From NCBI GenBank assembly GCA_030148335.1, contig JASBTQ010000047.1, forward strand, positions 18,006 through 82,005: a DNA stretch of 64,000 nucleotides, written 5' to 3'. Under the pieces are notes generated by a model. It was not told the DNA's origin. It did no database searches and saw nothing but the letters and a program-made list of their open reading frames with translations. The position numbers and the translations under genes were made by a program. Below, piece after piece: positions 19,511 through 31,054 of the stretch. Every line of letters begins with the position of its first letter. Position 1 is the first letter of the stretch. This DNA is from Allomuricauda sp. (GTDB lineage Bacteria; Bacteroidota; Bacteroidia; Flavobacteriales; Flavobacteriaceae).

Positions 19511-20545
19511 ATGAAGATACTGGTCACTGGTGCGGCAGGGTTTATCGGTTACCATGTAGTGCTTAAGCTATTGGGGCACCAACATACCGTGGTCGGTCTG
19601 GACAATCTTAACGATTATTACGATGTCAATCTGAAACTTGCACGTCTGGAACAATTGGGAATAAGTTCAAAAGATGCGCAGGACTTCCATAAAATATCAT
19701 CCAGTTCCAAATACAATGGTTTCCATTTTGTGCGCATGGACTTGGAAGATCGTGGGCAGCTTCCCAAATTGTTTGAAAAGGAAAATTTCACCGTAGTGTG
19801 CAATCTTGCTGCGCAAGCGGGAGTGCGCTACAGTCTTGAAAACCCCGAATCATACATTGACAGTAACATAGTAGGGTTCTTGAATGTTTTGGAATGTTGC
19901 AGAAACTACAAAGTGCAGCACTTGGTCTATGCCAGCAGTTCCAGTGTATATGGGCTCAACAAAAAAGTTCCCTTCGAGACCACTGACCCTGTGGACCATC
20001 CCATCAGCTTGTATGCCGCTTCCAAAAAAAGCAATGAACTCATGGCCCACACCTATAGTCATCTATATGGATTAAAGACCACAGGACTCCGCTTTTTCAC
20101 TGTTTATGGCCCATGGGGCAGACCCGACATGGCACTCTTCCTCTTCACCAAAGCAATCGTGGAAGGAAATCCCATACAAGTTTTCAATAACGGAAAAATG
20201 GAGCGGGACTTTACTTATATAGATGATATTGTGGAAGGGGTGACCAAAATCATCGAGGATGGGTATGTTGGAACCTCTACTGAAAGAACAACATATAAAA
20301 TATATAATATTGGCAACAGTAAGTCCGTAAAACTCATGGATTTTATTGAAGCCCTGGAAAAAAGCCTCGCCCTAGAGGCCCAAAAAGAATTCTTGCCCAT
20401 GCAGCCGGGCGACGTTGAAAAAACATGGGCGAATGTTGACGACCTTGCAAGGGATTATGGCTATAGACCCGATACCTTGGTCAAACATGGCATATCAAAA
20501 TTTGTGGAGTGGTACAAGGAATACCATAAGATAGACACCCAATGA
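19511..20545 (+). CDS. UDP-glucuronate 4-epimerase-like NAD-dependent epimerase
   Basis: TGAAGFIG, LAAQAGVRYS, YAASK, FFTVYGPWGRPDMA. Confidence 0.92.
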   Translation: MKILVTGAAGFIGYHVVLKLLGHQHTVVGLDNLNDYYDVNLKLARLEQLGISSKDAQDFHKISSSSKYNGFHFVRMDLEDRGQLPKLFEKENFTVVCNLAAQAGVRYSLENPESYIDSNIVGFLNVLECCRNYKVQHLVYASSSSVYGLNKKVPFETTDPVDHPISLYAASKKSNELMAHTYSHLYGLKTTGLRFFTVYGPWGRPDMALFLFTKAIVEGNPIQVFNNGKMERDFTYIDDIVEGVTKIIEDGYVGTSTERTTYKIYNIGNSKSVKLMDFIEALEKSLALEAQKEFLPMQPGDVEKTWANVDDLARDYGYRPDTLVKHGISKFVEWYKEYHKIDTQ

Positions 20546-20737
20546 CCCTGTTCCACTTCTCCAAGACTTACCACGAGGGGGATTCAGACCCTATTTTCCC
20601 ATGATCAGGGCTGTACCAAAGAGTTTTTACATGCGGCACTAAAAATGCAGTTTAACCGTTTTATGAAAAGTTCATCTAAAACCAATATGGTTTTGATATG
20701 TTTTCTTGATATTTGCCTGAAATTCCCTTAATCGTCT

Positions 20738-21736
20738 ATGGATATATCTCATCTCAACCTCAATCAAAACAATCATATATTGGTCACTGGAGGTGCCGGC
20801 TTCATTGGATCTAATCTTTGTGAAGCTTTGCTGGGGAATGGCAACAGGGTAACTTGCCTTGACAATTTCGCAACAGGAAAACGGGAAAATATAGCCCATT
20901 TGATGGACGATGCAAACTTCACATTGATAGAAGGGGACATCAGGATTTTGGAAGATTGTAGAAGGGCCTGTGAAAATGTTGATTTTGTATTGCACCAAGC
21001 GGCACTTGGATCTGTACCAAGATCCATCAATGACCCCATCACCAGCAACGATGTCAATGTTTCCGGTTTCCTGAACATGTTGGTGGCCGCACGGGATGCC
21101 CAAGTCAAACGATTTGTATATGCCGCCAGTTCCTCAACTTATGGTGATTCCGAATCTCTGCCAAAGGTAGAGGATGTCATTGGTAGGCCATTGTCCCCCT
21201 ACGCCATTACCAAATATGTCAATGAACTGTATGCGGATATATTCTCCAAGACCTATGGCCTATCTTCCATTGGCTTGCGATACTTCAATGTATTTGGGAG
21301 AAAACAGGACCCCAATGGGGCCTATGCTGCCGTTATCCCTAAATTTGTAATGCAACTCATGCAACATGAGTCGCCCGTTATAAATGGTGACGGTTCCTTT
21401 TCCAGGGATTTTACATATATAGACAATGTGATCGAAATGAACATCAGGGCGATAATCTCTGAGAATGAAATGGCATTGAACACCGTTTACAATGTGGCTT
21501 TCGGGGAAAGGACCGACCTGAACGAACTGGTCGCATTGCTCAAAGAATATTTGGGCGAATTTGATGCCAAGATTAAAAATATTGAAATAGCATATGGCCC
21601 AAGTCGTCAAGGGGACGTTCCCCATTCCCTTGCATCGATTGAAAAAGCAAAAAAATTATTGGGCTATAACCCCAAATATGATATGAGGTCAGGGTTGAAA
21701 GAGGCCGTGAACTGGTATTGGGAGAACTTGAAATAG
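20738..21736 (+). CDS. UDP-GlcNAc(A) 4-epimerase (WbpP/TviC-like)
   Basis: TGGAGFIG, HQAALGSVPRS, YAITK, YAAVIPK. Confidence 0.92.
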   Translation: MDISHLNLNQNNHILVTGGAGFIGSNLCEALLGNGNRVTCLDNFATGKRENIAHLMDDANFTLIEGDIRILEDCRRACENVDFVLHQAALGSVPRSINDPITSNDVNVSGFLNMLVAARDAQVKRFVYAASSSTYGDSESLPKVEDVIGRPLSPYAITKYVNELYADIFSKTYGLSSIGLRYFNVFGRKQDPNGAYAAVIPKFVMQLMQHESPVINGDGSFSRDFTYIDNVIEMNIRAIISENEMALNTVYNVAFGERTDLNELVALLKEYLGEFDAKIKNIEIAYGPSRQGDVPHSLASIEKAKKLLGYNPKYDMRSGLKEAVNWYWENLK

Positions 21737-21757
21737 AAATAGAAACATAAAAAGAGA

Positions 21758-23083
21758 ATGAACTTAACAATTATCGGAACAGGCTATGTGGGCCTGGTTA
21801 CAGGGACTTGTTTTGCCGAAATGGGAAATACGGTTACCTGTGTTGATATTGACAGCAAAAAAATTGAAAATCTAAGGCAGGGCATCATCCCCATATACGA
21901 ACCTGGGTTGGAAGCCATGGTACAACGCAATGTAGATAATGGGACCTTGTTCTTCAGTACAAAATTAGAAGACTCCCTTGGAGAATGCGACATGGCCTTC
22001 ATTGCCGTGGGAACCCCTATGGGAGAAGATGGATCGGCCGACCTGAAATATGTTCTGGACGTTGCGGCCGAAATAGGCAGGCACATGTCCCAGCCATTGA
22101 TCATCGTGGACAAATCAACGGTGCCCGTTGGCACCGCGGACAAAGTCAAAGAAGTTATACAACAAGAGCTTGAAAAGAGAGGAAAGGACATTGAATTCCA
22201 TGTAGTTTCCAATCCAGAGTTTCTCAAAGAAGGTGACGCCATCAGTGATTTTATGAAACCTGACCGGGTCGTGGTAGGAACGGAGGACACGGACACCGCA
22301 GAGAAAATGCGCCAGTTGTACAGCCCATTTTTTAGAAGCAGTATGGACCGTATGCTCGTCATGGATGTTCGTTCCGCAGAGATGACCAAATATGTGGCGA
22401 ATGCCATGTTGGCCACCAAGATTTCATTTATGAATGAAGTGGCCAACATCTGTGAACTTGTAGGGGCAGATGTGAACAAAGTCCGTATCGGAATTGGTTC
22501 GGACAGCCGTATCGGTTACAGTTTCATCTACCCAGGAAGTGGCTATGGTGGATCTTGTTTCCCAAAAGATGTAAAGGCATTGAAGAAAACTGCTGAACAA
22601 CACGGGTACAATGCCCAATTGCTACATGCAGTGGAAGATGTGAACGACAGGCAGAAATTTGTTGTGGCCAACAAGGTCATCAATCACTTTGGTGAAAACC
22701 TTGAAGGCAGGACCTTTGCCATTTGGGGGCTGTCGTTCAAGCCGGGCACCGATGATATGCGTGAAGCCCCTTCCATCTATATCATCAAAAAATTGACCGA
22801 GCTCGGGGCCAAGATAAAGGCATATGACCCAAAAGCCATCCATGAGGCCAAGGAGTTTTATTTGAAGGATGTACCGAATATCGAGTATGTACCGTCCAAA
22901 TACGAAGCTTTAAGGAGCGCTGATGCCCTCCTCTTGCTCACCGAATGGAAAGAATTTCGATCACCTGATTTCAAATCTCTCAAAGAAAATCTGAAGACCC
23001 CGATAATTTTTGATGGCCGTAACCAATATGATGGTGAAAGGCTTGAACAACTTGGGTTCACATACCATCAAATCGGGAAATAG
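21758..23083 (+). CDS. ugd: UDP-glucose 6-dehydrogenase
   Basis: [25 protein letters not shown]. Confidence 0.93.
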   Translation: MNLTIIGTGYVGLVTGTCFAEMGNTVTCVDIDSKKIENLRQGIIPIYEPGLEAMVQRNVDNGTLFFSTKLEDSLGECDMAFIAVGTPMGEDGSADLKYVLDVAAEIGRHMSQPLIIVDKSTVPVGTADKVKEVIQQELEKRGKDIEFHVVSNPEFLKEGDAISDFMKPDRVVVGTEDTDTAEKMRQLYSPFFRSSMDRMLVMDVRSAEMTKYVANAMLATKISFMNEVANICELVGADVNKVRIGIGSDSRIGYSFIYPGSGYGGSCFPKDVKALKKTAEQHGYNAQLLHAVEDVNDRQKFVVANKVINHFGENLEGRTFAIWGLSFKPGTDDMREAPSIYIIKKLTELGAKIKAYDPKAIHEAKEFYLKDVPNIEYVPSKYEALRSADALLLLTEWKEFRSPDFKSLKENLKTPIIFDGRNQYDGERLEQLGFTYHQIGK

Positions 23084-23129
23084 TGAAGCCAAAAACCTAT
23101 CCAAAAAACTCGCTAGACAATAATCATAT

Positions 23130-24410
23130 ATGAACAATATCAAAATTGCCGTAATAGGTTTGGGATATGTTGGATTGCCACTGGCACGTCTGTTTGCCAC
23201 AAAATATCCTGTTGTGGGCTTTGACATCAATGAAACCCGTGTAAACGAACTACGATCTGGCAGGGATGTTACCCTTGAAGTTGAAGATGATATATTGAAA
23301 TCCGCTTTGGTGGACAAGCTGCCGGAAACCAAAGGGCTATACTGTTCTTGCCAATTGGAGGACATTTCCAGTTGCAACATTTATGTGGTCACCGTTCCTA
23401 CCCCTGTGGACAGGAACAACAGACCCGATCTGACACCGTTGTACAAAGCCAGTGAAACGGTGGGAAAGGTACTCAAAAAAGGAGATATCGTCATTTATGA
23501 ATCCACTGTTTATCCAGGGGCTACCGAGGAAGAATGTATCCCTGTACTTGAACGTGTTAGTGGGCTTACGTTCAACAAAGATTTTTACGCTGGATATTCC
23601 CCTGAACGCATCAATCCTGGGGACAAGGAACATACTGTTGAGAAGATATTGAAGGTTACTTCTGGCTCCACTCCGGAAATCGGAAAGATTGTCGATGACC
23701 TGTATGCTTCCGTGATCACGGCCGGAACGCACTTGGCCCCTACCATCAAAGTCGCAGAAGCGGCCAAGGTGATTGAAAATTCACAGAGGGACATCAACAT
23801 AGCCTTTGTGAACGAACTGGCCAAAATCTTCAACCTGATGGATATCGATACCCATGCGGTACTGAAGGCCGCTGGCACCAAATGGAACTTCCTGCCCTTT
23901 AAGCCCGGATTGGTGGGTGGGCACTGCATTGGGGTAGATCCTTATTATTTGGCCCAACGTGCACAGGAGTTTGGCTATCATCCCGAGATCATCCTCGCAG
24001 GAAGACGCTTGAACGACAGTATGGGAGGCTATGTTGCTTCCGAGATCATCAAACTGATGGTAAAAAAAGACCTTCGGATCAAGGGCTCAAAAATATTGGT
24101 GCTTGGAATCACTTTTAAAGAAAACTGTCCAGATGTCCGAAACACCCGGGCCGTGGATGTGATAAAGAACTTAATGGACTATGGCACCGAAGTTACCATA
24201 TATGATCCTTGGGCGGATCCCTCGGAGGTTGCCCATGAATACGGCCTTGACACCACCAAGGAAATGCCGCAGGGCACATTTGATGCGGTGGTACTTACCG
24301 TGGCACACCATAAATTTATGGAGATGGGGCTACGGTCCCTGCTTAACAATAACGGAATTCTGTACGATGTCAAGGGAGTTGTCAAAGAAGCTGTTGAAGG
24401 CAGCTTATAA
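23130..24410 (+). CDS. UDP-N-acetylhexosamine 6-dehydrogenase (TviB/WbpO-like)
   Basis: [26 protein letters not shown]. Confidence 0.93.
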   Translation: MNNIKIAVIGLGYVGLPLARLFATKYPVVGFDINETRVNELRSGRDVTLEVEDDILKSALVDKLPETKGLYCSCQLEDISSCNIYVVTVPTPVDRNNRPDLTPLYKASETVGKVLKKGDIVIYESTVYPGATEEECIPVLERVSGLTFNKDFYAGYSPERINPGDKEHTVEKILKVTSGSTPEIGKIVDDLYASVITAGTHLAPTIKVAEAAKVIENSQRDINIAFVNELAKIFNLMDIDTHAVLKAAGTKWNFLPFKPGLVGGHCIGVDPYYLAQRAQEFGYHPEIILAGRRLNDSMGGYVASEIIKLMVKKDLRIKGSKILVLGITFKENCPDVRNTRAVDVIKNLMDYGTEVTIYDPWADPSEVAHEYGLDTTKEMPQGTFDAVVLTVAHHKFMEMGLRSLLNNNGILYDVKGVVKEAVEGSL

Positions 24411-24446
24411 TCGGCAATCAAAACCAGCCAGAAACAAAATACTGCC

Positions 24447-25964
24447 ATGAGTCAAATTAAAAAAGGGGCTTTGCTTAACTATACCACAATTGTTCTAACG
24501 AACGTTGTCGGGTTATTATTGACTCCTTTTATTATCCGGAAATTGGGGGATGCCGAATTTGGACTTTACACTTTGATCGGTGCCTTTGTAGGCTATATTT
24601 CCATTATGGATTTTGGACTGGGGAATACCGTTGTTCGTTTTGTGGCCAAATATAGAGCTGAAAAGGATAAGGAAGGAGAAGAAAACTTTTTGGCCACCAC
24701 ACTGATAATCTATGGCATCATATCGGTTTGTGTTATTATAATTGGTATTATTTGTTATATAAACATTGAACACATTTTCAAGGACTCCCTTACTCTTGGT
24801 CAAATTGATAGTGCCAAAATCATGTTTGCCATATTGATATTCACTTTGGCCATAAATCTGCCTTCAAATACATTTCAGGCCGCTTGTTTCGGATATGAGC
24901 AATTTGTTTTTCCAAAACTTGCCAAAATCATCCAATACATCGTTCGCTCTGCCTTGGTGGTCGGCCTTTTGCTTTGGGGAGGAAAAGCAGTCGCACTGGT
25001 GATGCTCGATGCAACCTTGAATATCATTTCATTTGGAATAATAATATATTATGCCTTGGTCAAATTGAAGATTCGCATCAAATTGCATAAGTTCAATAAG
25101 TCCCTTCTTAAAAGAATTTTTGCCTATTCTATCTGGATTTTTGTCTTTGCCATTGTGGGGCAGTTCCAATGGAGGGTCGGTCAAATGGTCCTTGGTGTCG
25201 TGACCAATACCACCGTTGTAGCTATTTTTGCTGTAGGTGTGATGCTGGGTACTTATTACGGTGCATTTTCCACTGCAATATCTGGTGTGTTTTTACCTCG
25301 TGCCACACAAATGTCCGTTGCGAACGCAACTGGAGAGGAACTTACCGATATGATGATCAAAATAGGCAGATTGTCTTTCATAGCCCTAATGTTCATTCTG
25401 GGTGCCTTTATGCTTTATGGGAAGCAGTTTGTTTTTCTATGGGTGGGAGAATCTTATTATGATTCTTGGGTCATTGCCCTTATTATTATGTTTGCCTATA
25501 CCCTGCCACTGGTTCAAGCTTTTGGGAATTCCATTCTTGAAGCCAAAAACAAATTACGTTTCAAAGCCTGTATTTATTTGATATTCCTAATTCTGGGAAC
25601 CACATTTGGTGGATACTTGGCCCGAGAATATGAGGCTATAGGGATGATCATCGGTTCTGTTACAGGTTGGGTAATTGTCCAGAATATTATGAATATTTAT
25701 TATTATAAGGTTATCCAATTAAATATTCCTCGATTTTTTAGAGAATTGGGAAATAAAACCTTACCAGCTTTTTTATTGGCCGTGGCCATAGGGTGGATTA
25801 TTAATTATATTCCAGGCTCTAGCTGGATTAATTTTATAATCAAGGCTATTCTTTACTCATTGATATATGCATCCCTTATGTTTTTTATTGGGCTTAATGT
25901 ATATGAGAAAAATTTATTTAAAAATGGCATTAACGATATAATGAAAAAGCTTAAAATCAGATGA
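24447..25964 (+). CDS. wzx: Oligosaccharide flippase
   Basis: About 12-14 TM segments, LGDAEFGLY and DFGLG MOP-family motifs, locus position. Confidence 0.88.
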   Translation: MSQIKKGALLNYTTIVLTNVVGLLLTPFIIRKLGDAEFGLYTLIGAFVGYISIMDFGLGNTVVRFVAKYRAEKDKEGEENFLATTLIIYGIISVCVIIIGIICYINIEHIFKDSLTLGQIDSAKIMFAILIFTLAINLPSNTFQAACFGYEQFVFPKLAKIIQYIVRSALVVGLLLWGGKAVALVMLDATLNIISFGIIIYYALVKLKIRIKLHKFNKSLLKRIFAYSIWIFVFAIVGQFQWRVGQMVLGVVTNTTVVAIFAVGVMLGTYYGAFSTAISGVFLPRATQMSVANATGEELTDMMIKIGRLSFIALMFILGAFMLYGKQFVFLWVGESYYDSWVIALIIMFAYTLPLVQAFGNSILEAKNKLRFKACIYLIFLILGTTFGGYLAREYEAIGMIIGSVTGWVIVQNIMNIYYYKVIQLNIPRFFRELGNKTLPAFLLAVAIGWIINYIPGSSWINFIIKAILYSLIYASLMFFIGLNVYEKNLFKNGINDIMKKLKIR

Positions 25965-27247
25965 AAGAGTTAAGGCTTAACGATATTTCGATTACCAAGA
26001 ATGGGCAAAGAGTTGAGTACAATTATATATACTCAAAAAATTTAAGCCACTTTTTCAGTGCCAAAAGCCCCTTTTATGTAGAATATGACCAAGATTTTAA
26101 TGAGACTCCGGAAAGCCTCCTTGTAATCCCATTTTTGTCCAACATCATGCCGATGAGCTGGTTTGTGGGATTTGACGTTTATATTAAGGAATGTGACAAT
26201 ACTTTTTATAATTCACTAAAAATACTAAAGGCCCAATTTTTGGAATTTTTTCCAGAAAATGACCTTGGTGGTGCTTTATATGTCGAAAATCTTGTTGATA
26301 ATAAGATTGATGGAAATAATACTTCCCTTCTATTCAGTGGAGGGCTTGATTCCTATGACTCGTTGATCAGGAATATAAACAAGAACCCTTATTTAATTTC
26401 TATACATGGAGCCGATGTCAAAATAAATGATAAAGTGCGATGGGAAAAATTTGTCAGATTCAATGGTGAAGAAAATATTCTCAACCCTTCCCGTTTATTT
26501 TATGTAGAGTCCAATCTCAGGGAGTTCTACACGTATAAGGTCGATCTTTTGACAGATTTAGGATGGTGGGGGGGCATCCAACATGGAATGGCCCTGCTCG
26601 GAGTTTTGGCGCCAATCAGCTATAAGTACGGAATTACGGATATTCGAATCGCTGCATCTGCTACACATGAAGTCAGCTATAGCTGGGGTTCTTCTCCTAA
26701 AATTGACGAAAACATGAAATGGGCAAATACACATGTCACACATGATGGGTACGATCAACGACGTACTGATAAAATTGACAATGTGGTGGATTATGTCAAT
26801 AGAACAGGAGAGCAAATGAAATTACGGGTCTGTTATGCTGATGAACGGGTGGATTACAATTGCAGTAAATGCCATAAATGCCAACGTACCATTTTAAGTT
26901 TGATTCTTTCCAATGCCAATCCCAAAGATTATGGGTTTGATATTCCACCGAACTTTTATGACTTGATCTTTAAAAATTTTCATGATAATGCTGTTATGAC
27001 CGTTGGCATCAAATACCAGTGGACATGTTTACAGGATAAAGCAAAAACAATAGATCAATTCTTTGCGCACAACGATAGGGAATTCGAAAAATCGCAGCTA
27101 AAAAGGTTTGCTGACTTGAATCTGGACGAAACAGTCAATAAAAATGCGGCAAAAGTGAAAAAACAGGGCAAGCATCGCTTGGCGCTCCGCGAAAAATTCC
27201 CCTTACTTTACAAAATATATCAAAAAATTAAAAAAACTTTAAAATGA
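25961..27247 (+). CDS. PP-loop ATPase with QueC-like Cys cluster, function unknown
   Basis: LFSGGLDS and C-x9-C-x2-C-x2-C (VCYADERVDYNCSKCHKC). Confidence 0.75.
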   Translation: MKELRLNDISITKNGQRVEYNYIYSKNLSHFFSAKSPFYVEYDQDFNETPESLLVIPFLSNIMPMSWFVGFDVYIKECDNTFYNSLKILKAQFLEFFPENDLGGALYVENLVDNKIDGNNTSLLFSGGLDSYDSLIRNINKNPYLISIHGADVKINDKVRWEKFVRFNGEENILNPSRLFYVESNLREFYTYKVDLLTDLGWWGGIQHGMALLGVLAPISYKYGITDIRIAASATHEVSYSWGSSPKIDENMKWANTHVTHDGYDQRRTDKIDNVVDYVNRTGEQMKLRVCYADERVDYNCSKCHKCQRTILSLILSNANPKDYGFDIPPNFYDLIFKNFHDNAVMTVGIKYQWTCLQDKAKTIDQFFAHNDREFEKSQLKRFADLNLDETVNKNAAKVKKQGKHRLALREKFPLLYKIYQKIKKTLK

Positions 27248-28218
27248 AATACGGATTATTGACATATGTCGAAAACCGAAAGTTTTTCAACGTCGGTGAT
27301 AATATACAAAGTCTTGCAGCAAAACAATTTCTTCCAAAAGTAGATGTTTATTTAAATCGCGAGCGCCTTAATGAATATAAGGGAGATAAAATAAAAATGA
27401 TACTAAACGGATGGTTTACCCATAACATCCATAATTGGGTGCCTTCAGATGACATTGATCCCATTTTTGTCTCATTTCACATGAACAATACTGCCGCGCC
27501 ATACATGCTAAGCGAAAAGGGCATTGCCTATTTGAAAAAGCATGCGCCTATAGGTTGTAGGGATCAATTTACGGCAGACACACTTAAAGAAAAAGGAATC
27601 GAGGCCTACTTTACAGGCTGTCTAACCTTGACCCTCGATTCTTATAAAGTCGATGATTCTGAAAGGGAAGATAAAATTTATATCGTTGACCCTCTTTATA
27701 GCTATCCAAGGCCTGAAAAAGTGTTTTATAATCCGAAGCTGACCCTCAAAAATATTTTGAATGGCAAAGCCTTTCAGCTTGGGAAAAAGAAACGACACCT
27801 TAGGAATTTCATTGGTGATGACATTCTTGGTAGTTCAGAATTCATCAATCAAGAACCACCCTCGAACACCTACACCGATGCCCAAAAATTTCAAATGGCC
27901 GAAGATTTATTGAACAAATATGCACGTGCCAAAATGGTCATTACTTCACGAATACACTGCGCACTGCCTTGTTTGGCCTTGGGCACGCCGGTAATTTTCG
28001 TCAATGGTTTTGACAGTTTTGTCGATTCTTGCAGGTTTGATGGGATTTTGGAATTGTTCAACCGTATAGACATCAATAGCCAAACAGGAGAATTTTCATC
28101 AAATTTTGGCCTCAAGGGAAAAATAACCAAAGATACCATGGTAAAGAATCTCGAAAAACATCACGATTTGGCCAATGCCTTGAAAAAGACAGTCAAGGAA
28201 GCCTTGGAAAATGATTAA
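27244..28218 (+). CDS. Polysaccharide pyruvyl transferase family protein
   Basis: NVGDNIQ, IGCRD, ITSRIHCALPCLALGTP. Confidence 0.88.
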   Translation: MKYGLLTYVENRKFFNVGDNIQSLAAKQFLPKVDVYLNRERLNEYKGDKIKMILNGWFTHNIHNWVPSDDIDPIFVSFHMNNTAAPYMLSEKGIAYLKKHAPIGCRDQFTADTLKEKGIEAYFTGCLTLTLDSYKVDDSEREDKIYIVDPLYSYPRPEKVFYNPKLTLKNILNGKAFQLGKKKRHLRNFIGDDILGSSEFINQEPPSNTYTDAQKFQMAEDLLNKYARAKMVITSRIHCALPCLALGTPVIFVNGFDSFVDSCRFDGILELFNRIDINSQTGEFSSNFGLKGKITKDTMVKNLEKHHDLANALKKTVKEALEND

Positions 28219-28224
28219 GGAAGT

Positions 28225-29307
28225 ATGAGACTTCTTTATATAACCAACCAGATCAGTGGACCAGGAGGATTGGAAAGGGTCCTTTCTGTAAAGGCTTCCA
28301 TATTGGCGGAAGATTATAATTATGATGTCTACATATTGTCGTTGAACGACAGTGATCGGCCTCCATTTTATTCCTTTAGTCCAAAGATCACGTTTCTTTC
28401 TATTCAAGTAGGTGGCAACCCTCTTTTCTATCTTCGCAGCTATAAAAAAGGGATACAAAAAACAGTAGATGCCATTCAACCAGACTTGATCTCGGTTTGC
28501 GATGATGGATTGAAAGGCTTTTTTATTCCCACCATCATCAAAACAAATGCAAGAATAATATATGAGAGACATGCCTCCATTCATTTGAATGTACAAAACT
28601 CTTTGAAAGGTAGGTCTGTGAACTATTTAATGCAAAGACAAATCCAAAAATTTGATAAGTTCATTGTACTGACTCCAAGTAATTGTCTTGAATGGGATTC
28701 AACGAATGTAATTGCAATTCCCAATCCATTAAGTTTTGAGAGCAAATCAGAAAACCCCTTGGACCAAAAAAGAATCATTGTTGTCGGAAGCCATTCATGG
28801 AACAAGGGATATGACCTGCTATTGAAAATTTGGAAGCCATTGGAAGACTTGCATCCGGATTGGCGATTGGATGTTTTTGGAAAAGAGGATGCCAATAGGA
28901 CTTTTATTGGAATGGCAAAAGAAATGGATTTGCAAAGGGTTTATTTTCATAACCCCGTAAAAGATATACAAAATGAGTACGAACAGTCTTCCATATTGAT
29001 TCTAACATCCCGATCCGAAGGTTTTGGAATGGTTTTGATCGAAGCAATGGAATGTGGGGTTCCATGTGTGGCCTTTGATTGCCCTTCCGGTCCTGGAGAT
29101 ATTATTTCCAATGGCCAGGATGGTTTTTTGGTTCCAGAGATTGACACCCATGAATTTGAAAAAAAATTACATAAATTGATGAGCGATGGTAAATTGAGAG
29201 AGTCTTTCGGCAAAACTGCTAAAAGAAATGCCAAACGCTACACACCCCAAGAAATTGTAAGGCAATGGGATGAGTTGTTCAAATACGTAATTGGTGTACC
29301 ATCCTAA
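28225..29307 (+). CDS. Glycosyltransferase family 4
   Basis: GGLERV and EGFGMVLIEAM (E-x7-E). Confidence 0.93.
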   Translation: MRLLYITNQISGPGGLERVLSVKASILAEDYNYDVYILSLNDSDRPPFYSFSPKITFLSIQVGGNPLFYLRSYKKGIQKTVDAIQPDLISVCDDGLKGFFIPTIIKTNARIIYERHASIHLNVQNSLKGRSVNYLMQRQIQKFDKFIVLTPSNCLEWDSTNVIAIPNPLSFESKSENPLDQKRIIVVGSHSWNKGYDLLLKIWKPLEDLHPDWRLDVFGKEDANRTFIGMAKEMDLQRVYFHNPVKDIQNEYEQSSILILTSRSEGFGMVLIEAMECGVPCVAFDCPSGPGDIISNGQDGFLVPEIDTHEFEKKLHKLMSDGKLRESFGKTAKRNAKRYTPQEIVRQWDELFKYVIGVPS

Positions 29308-29519
29308 TCTTGTTCCATACATTTAATGATTTTCCAAATCATTCGTTTTTCCAATTCCAGTATTTTGAACAACTCTCTGAATGCTATCATATCGTTTTTG
29401 GACTGCAGTTTAACCAATGTATTGGCTGTTCAAAGAGAACTGTTCACCACCATTGTTACAATATTTAAATTAGATGCGGAAATTCCCCATTAACATACCA
29501 ATTTTTGAACCCGACCTTA

Positions 29520-30629
29520 ATGAAGACCATTGTTATCTTAACGGACCAACTCCATAAAATAGGGGGAATCAATAGTCTGATTCCATTAAAAGCCAATTTT
29601 TGGGTAGAGCAAAAAAAATATGCTGTACATATCATAACCACGGAACAGGAAAACAACCTCCCTCTATATAATTTCAACCCCAAAGTCAAACTCCATGATA
29701 TTGGTATAGATTACGACCGTACCCAAAGTTATTTTGGGAAAAAGAACTTTCCCAAGGTTCTTAAAAACATTCGAGCACTACAAAAATTACTTGATAAATT
29801 GGACCCGAATCTATTGATCATTGCAAATCATATACCCGTCACATTATTTTTTCCTTTGCTCCGCACCAAGGCCAAGGTATTAAAGGAATATCATTTTACA
29901 CAATACTTTCGTTCTAAAAGGAAGCTTACTTTATTCAAAAGGTTCGAAAAATATGTGGAATCCCAACTTGATTTTCAGGTGGTACTGAACGAGGAAGAAA
30001 AGACATTCTATACTTCAAGTAAGGTTGTTCATATTCCCAATCCCATCCCTTTTTCAAAGCTGGAACAGCCTCAATTTGGTGAAAGGGAAAAGGTTGCAAT
30101 CGCCGCAGGTCGGATTTCCCCCGTAAAGCGATTTGACGTTCTTTTACGAATCTGGTCAGATTTCAAAAAAAATGACACAGAGTGGAAATTGGAAATATAT
30201 GGGGAAGGATTAAATTCTGATGTGGAATCCCTAAAAAACCAAATGGTCTCCCTGGGAGTAGCTGATTCTGTAAAAATTCTTGACCGAGTCAACAACCTAC
30301 CTGAAGTTATGGGGAACAAGGGAATGTATTTAATGACATCCGCTGAGGAATGTTTCCCTATGGTCTTACTGGAAGCCCAAGCCACCGGCCTGCCCATCAT
30401 CTCTTTTGATTGTCCCACTGGGCCAAGAAACATTATTGAATCGGGAAAAAATGGTCTGCTGGTTGAAATGGACAACCAAAAATCATTTGTTAAAGCAATC
30501 ACCCTGCTTGCAAATGATGAAAATCAAAGGTTAAACCTGGCAACTGAAGGTTTTCGTACTGTTCAACGGTATCTATTGACCAATGTAATGGATGTTTGGG
30601 AGAATAAAATAATTAAGCAAAGTCCGTGA
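29520..30629 (+). CDS. Glycosyltransferase family 4
   Basis: GRISPVK and ECFPMVLLEA; ATG 29520. Confidence 0.92.
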   Translation: MKTIVILTDQLHKIGGINSLIPLKANFWVEQKKYAVHIITTEQENNLPLYNFNPKVKLHDIGIDYDRTQSYFGKKNFPKVLKNIRALQKLLDKLDPNLLIIANHIPVTLFFPLLRTKAKVLKEYHFTQYFRSKRKLTLFKRFEKYVESQLDFQVVLNEEEKTFYTSSKVVHIPNPIPFSKLEQPQFGEREKVAIAAGRISPVKRFDVLLRIWSDFKKNDTEWKLEIYGEGLNSDVESLKNQMVSLGVADSVKILDRVNNLPEVMGNKGMYLMTSAEECFPMVLLEAQATGLPIISFDCPTGPRNIIESGKNGLLVEMDNQKSFVKAITLLANDENQRLNLATEGFRTVQRYLLTNVMDVWENKIIKQSP

Positions 30630-31051
30630 AAAAATTGCTTTTTCTTTTAAACATGTGCAATAGAATCATTTATCCTGGGTCTTTTCAGAAAACATTGATT
30701 TGGGGCAGAGAGTACAATAAATATTTTTTAGAGAACCTCAAAACCTTCTCAACAAATAAACAATTATTGTCTTCTGGGGCCAAAGATGGTTTAAATGACT
30801 TTTCGGACAAGTCCTCAATCCAATTTAACATTTATCATCGGTTGGTAAATGGACTGGTTTTGAGCCCATCAAATTGTTGTATATTACATCATGAATTGAT
30901 TTGCAAAATCCATAGCCTAAGGCAAAAAAATGTAATTTTTGAAAGCATGGCTAATGAAATGATTTGTGCTAGTTTCTTTGCATACAGATATACCTCTTCA
31001 AGTTATAAGGATAGGGTTAATATCGTGGGAATATCCAGAAATTGCTGTTAA
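30626..31051 (+). other. Orphan ORF or eroded gene remnant
   Basis: GTGA overlap with the upstream GT and a stop 3 bp before wzy, but atypical composition (7 Cys) and no recognisable motif. Confidence 0.3.
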
Positions 31052-31054
31052 CCT

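Noticed and set aside
26568-26574. G7 tract in the PP-loop gene (also A8 in wzy and G6 runs elsewhere) as phase-variation switches
   Set aside because: The runs are short, in frame and explained by Trp-Gly-Gly or Lys codons.
25961-27247. queC or a QueC-based defence gene (QatC-like)
   Set aside because: It is much longer than QueC, has no que or qat neighbours, and is translationally coupled to glycan genes.
29308-29519. About 210-bp gap inside the GT operon (a similar gap lies at 40036-40286) as ncRNA or pseudogene
   Set aside because: No convincing ORF, terminator or structure was seen; it may be decayed sequence but cannot be supported.
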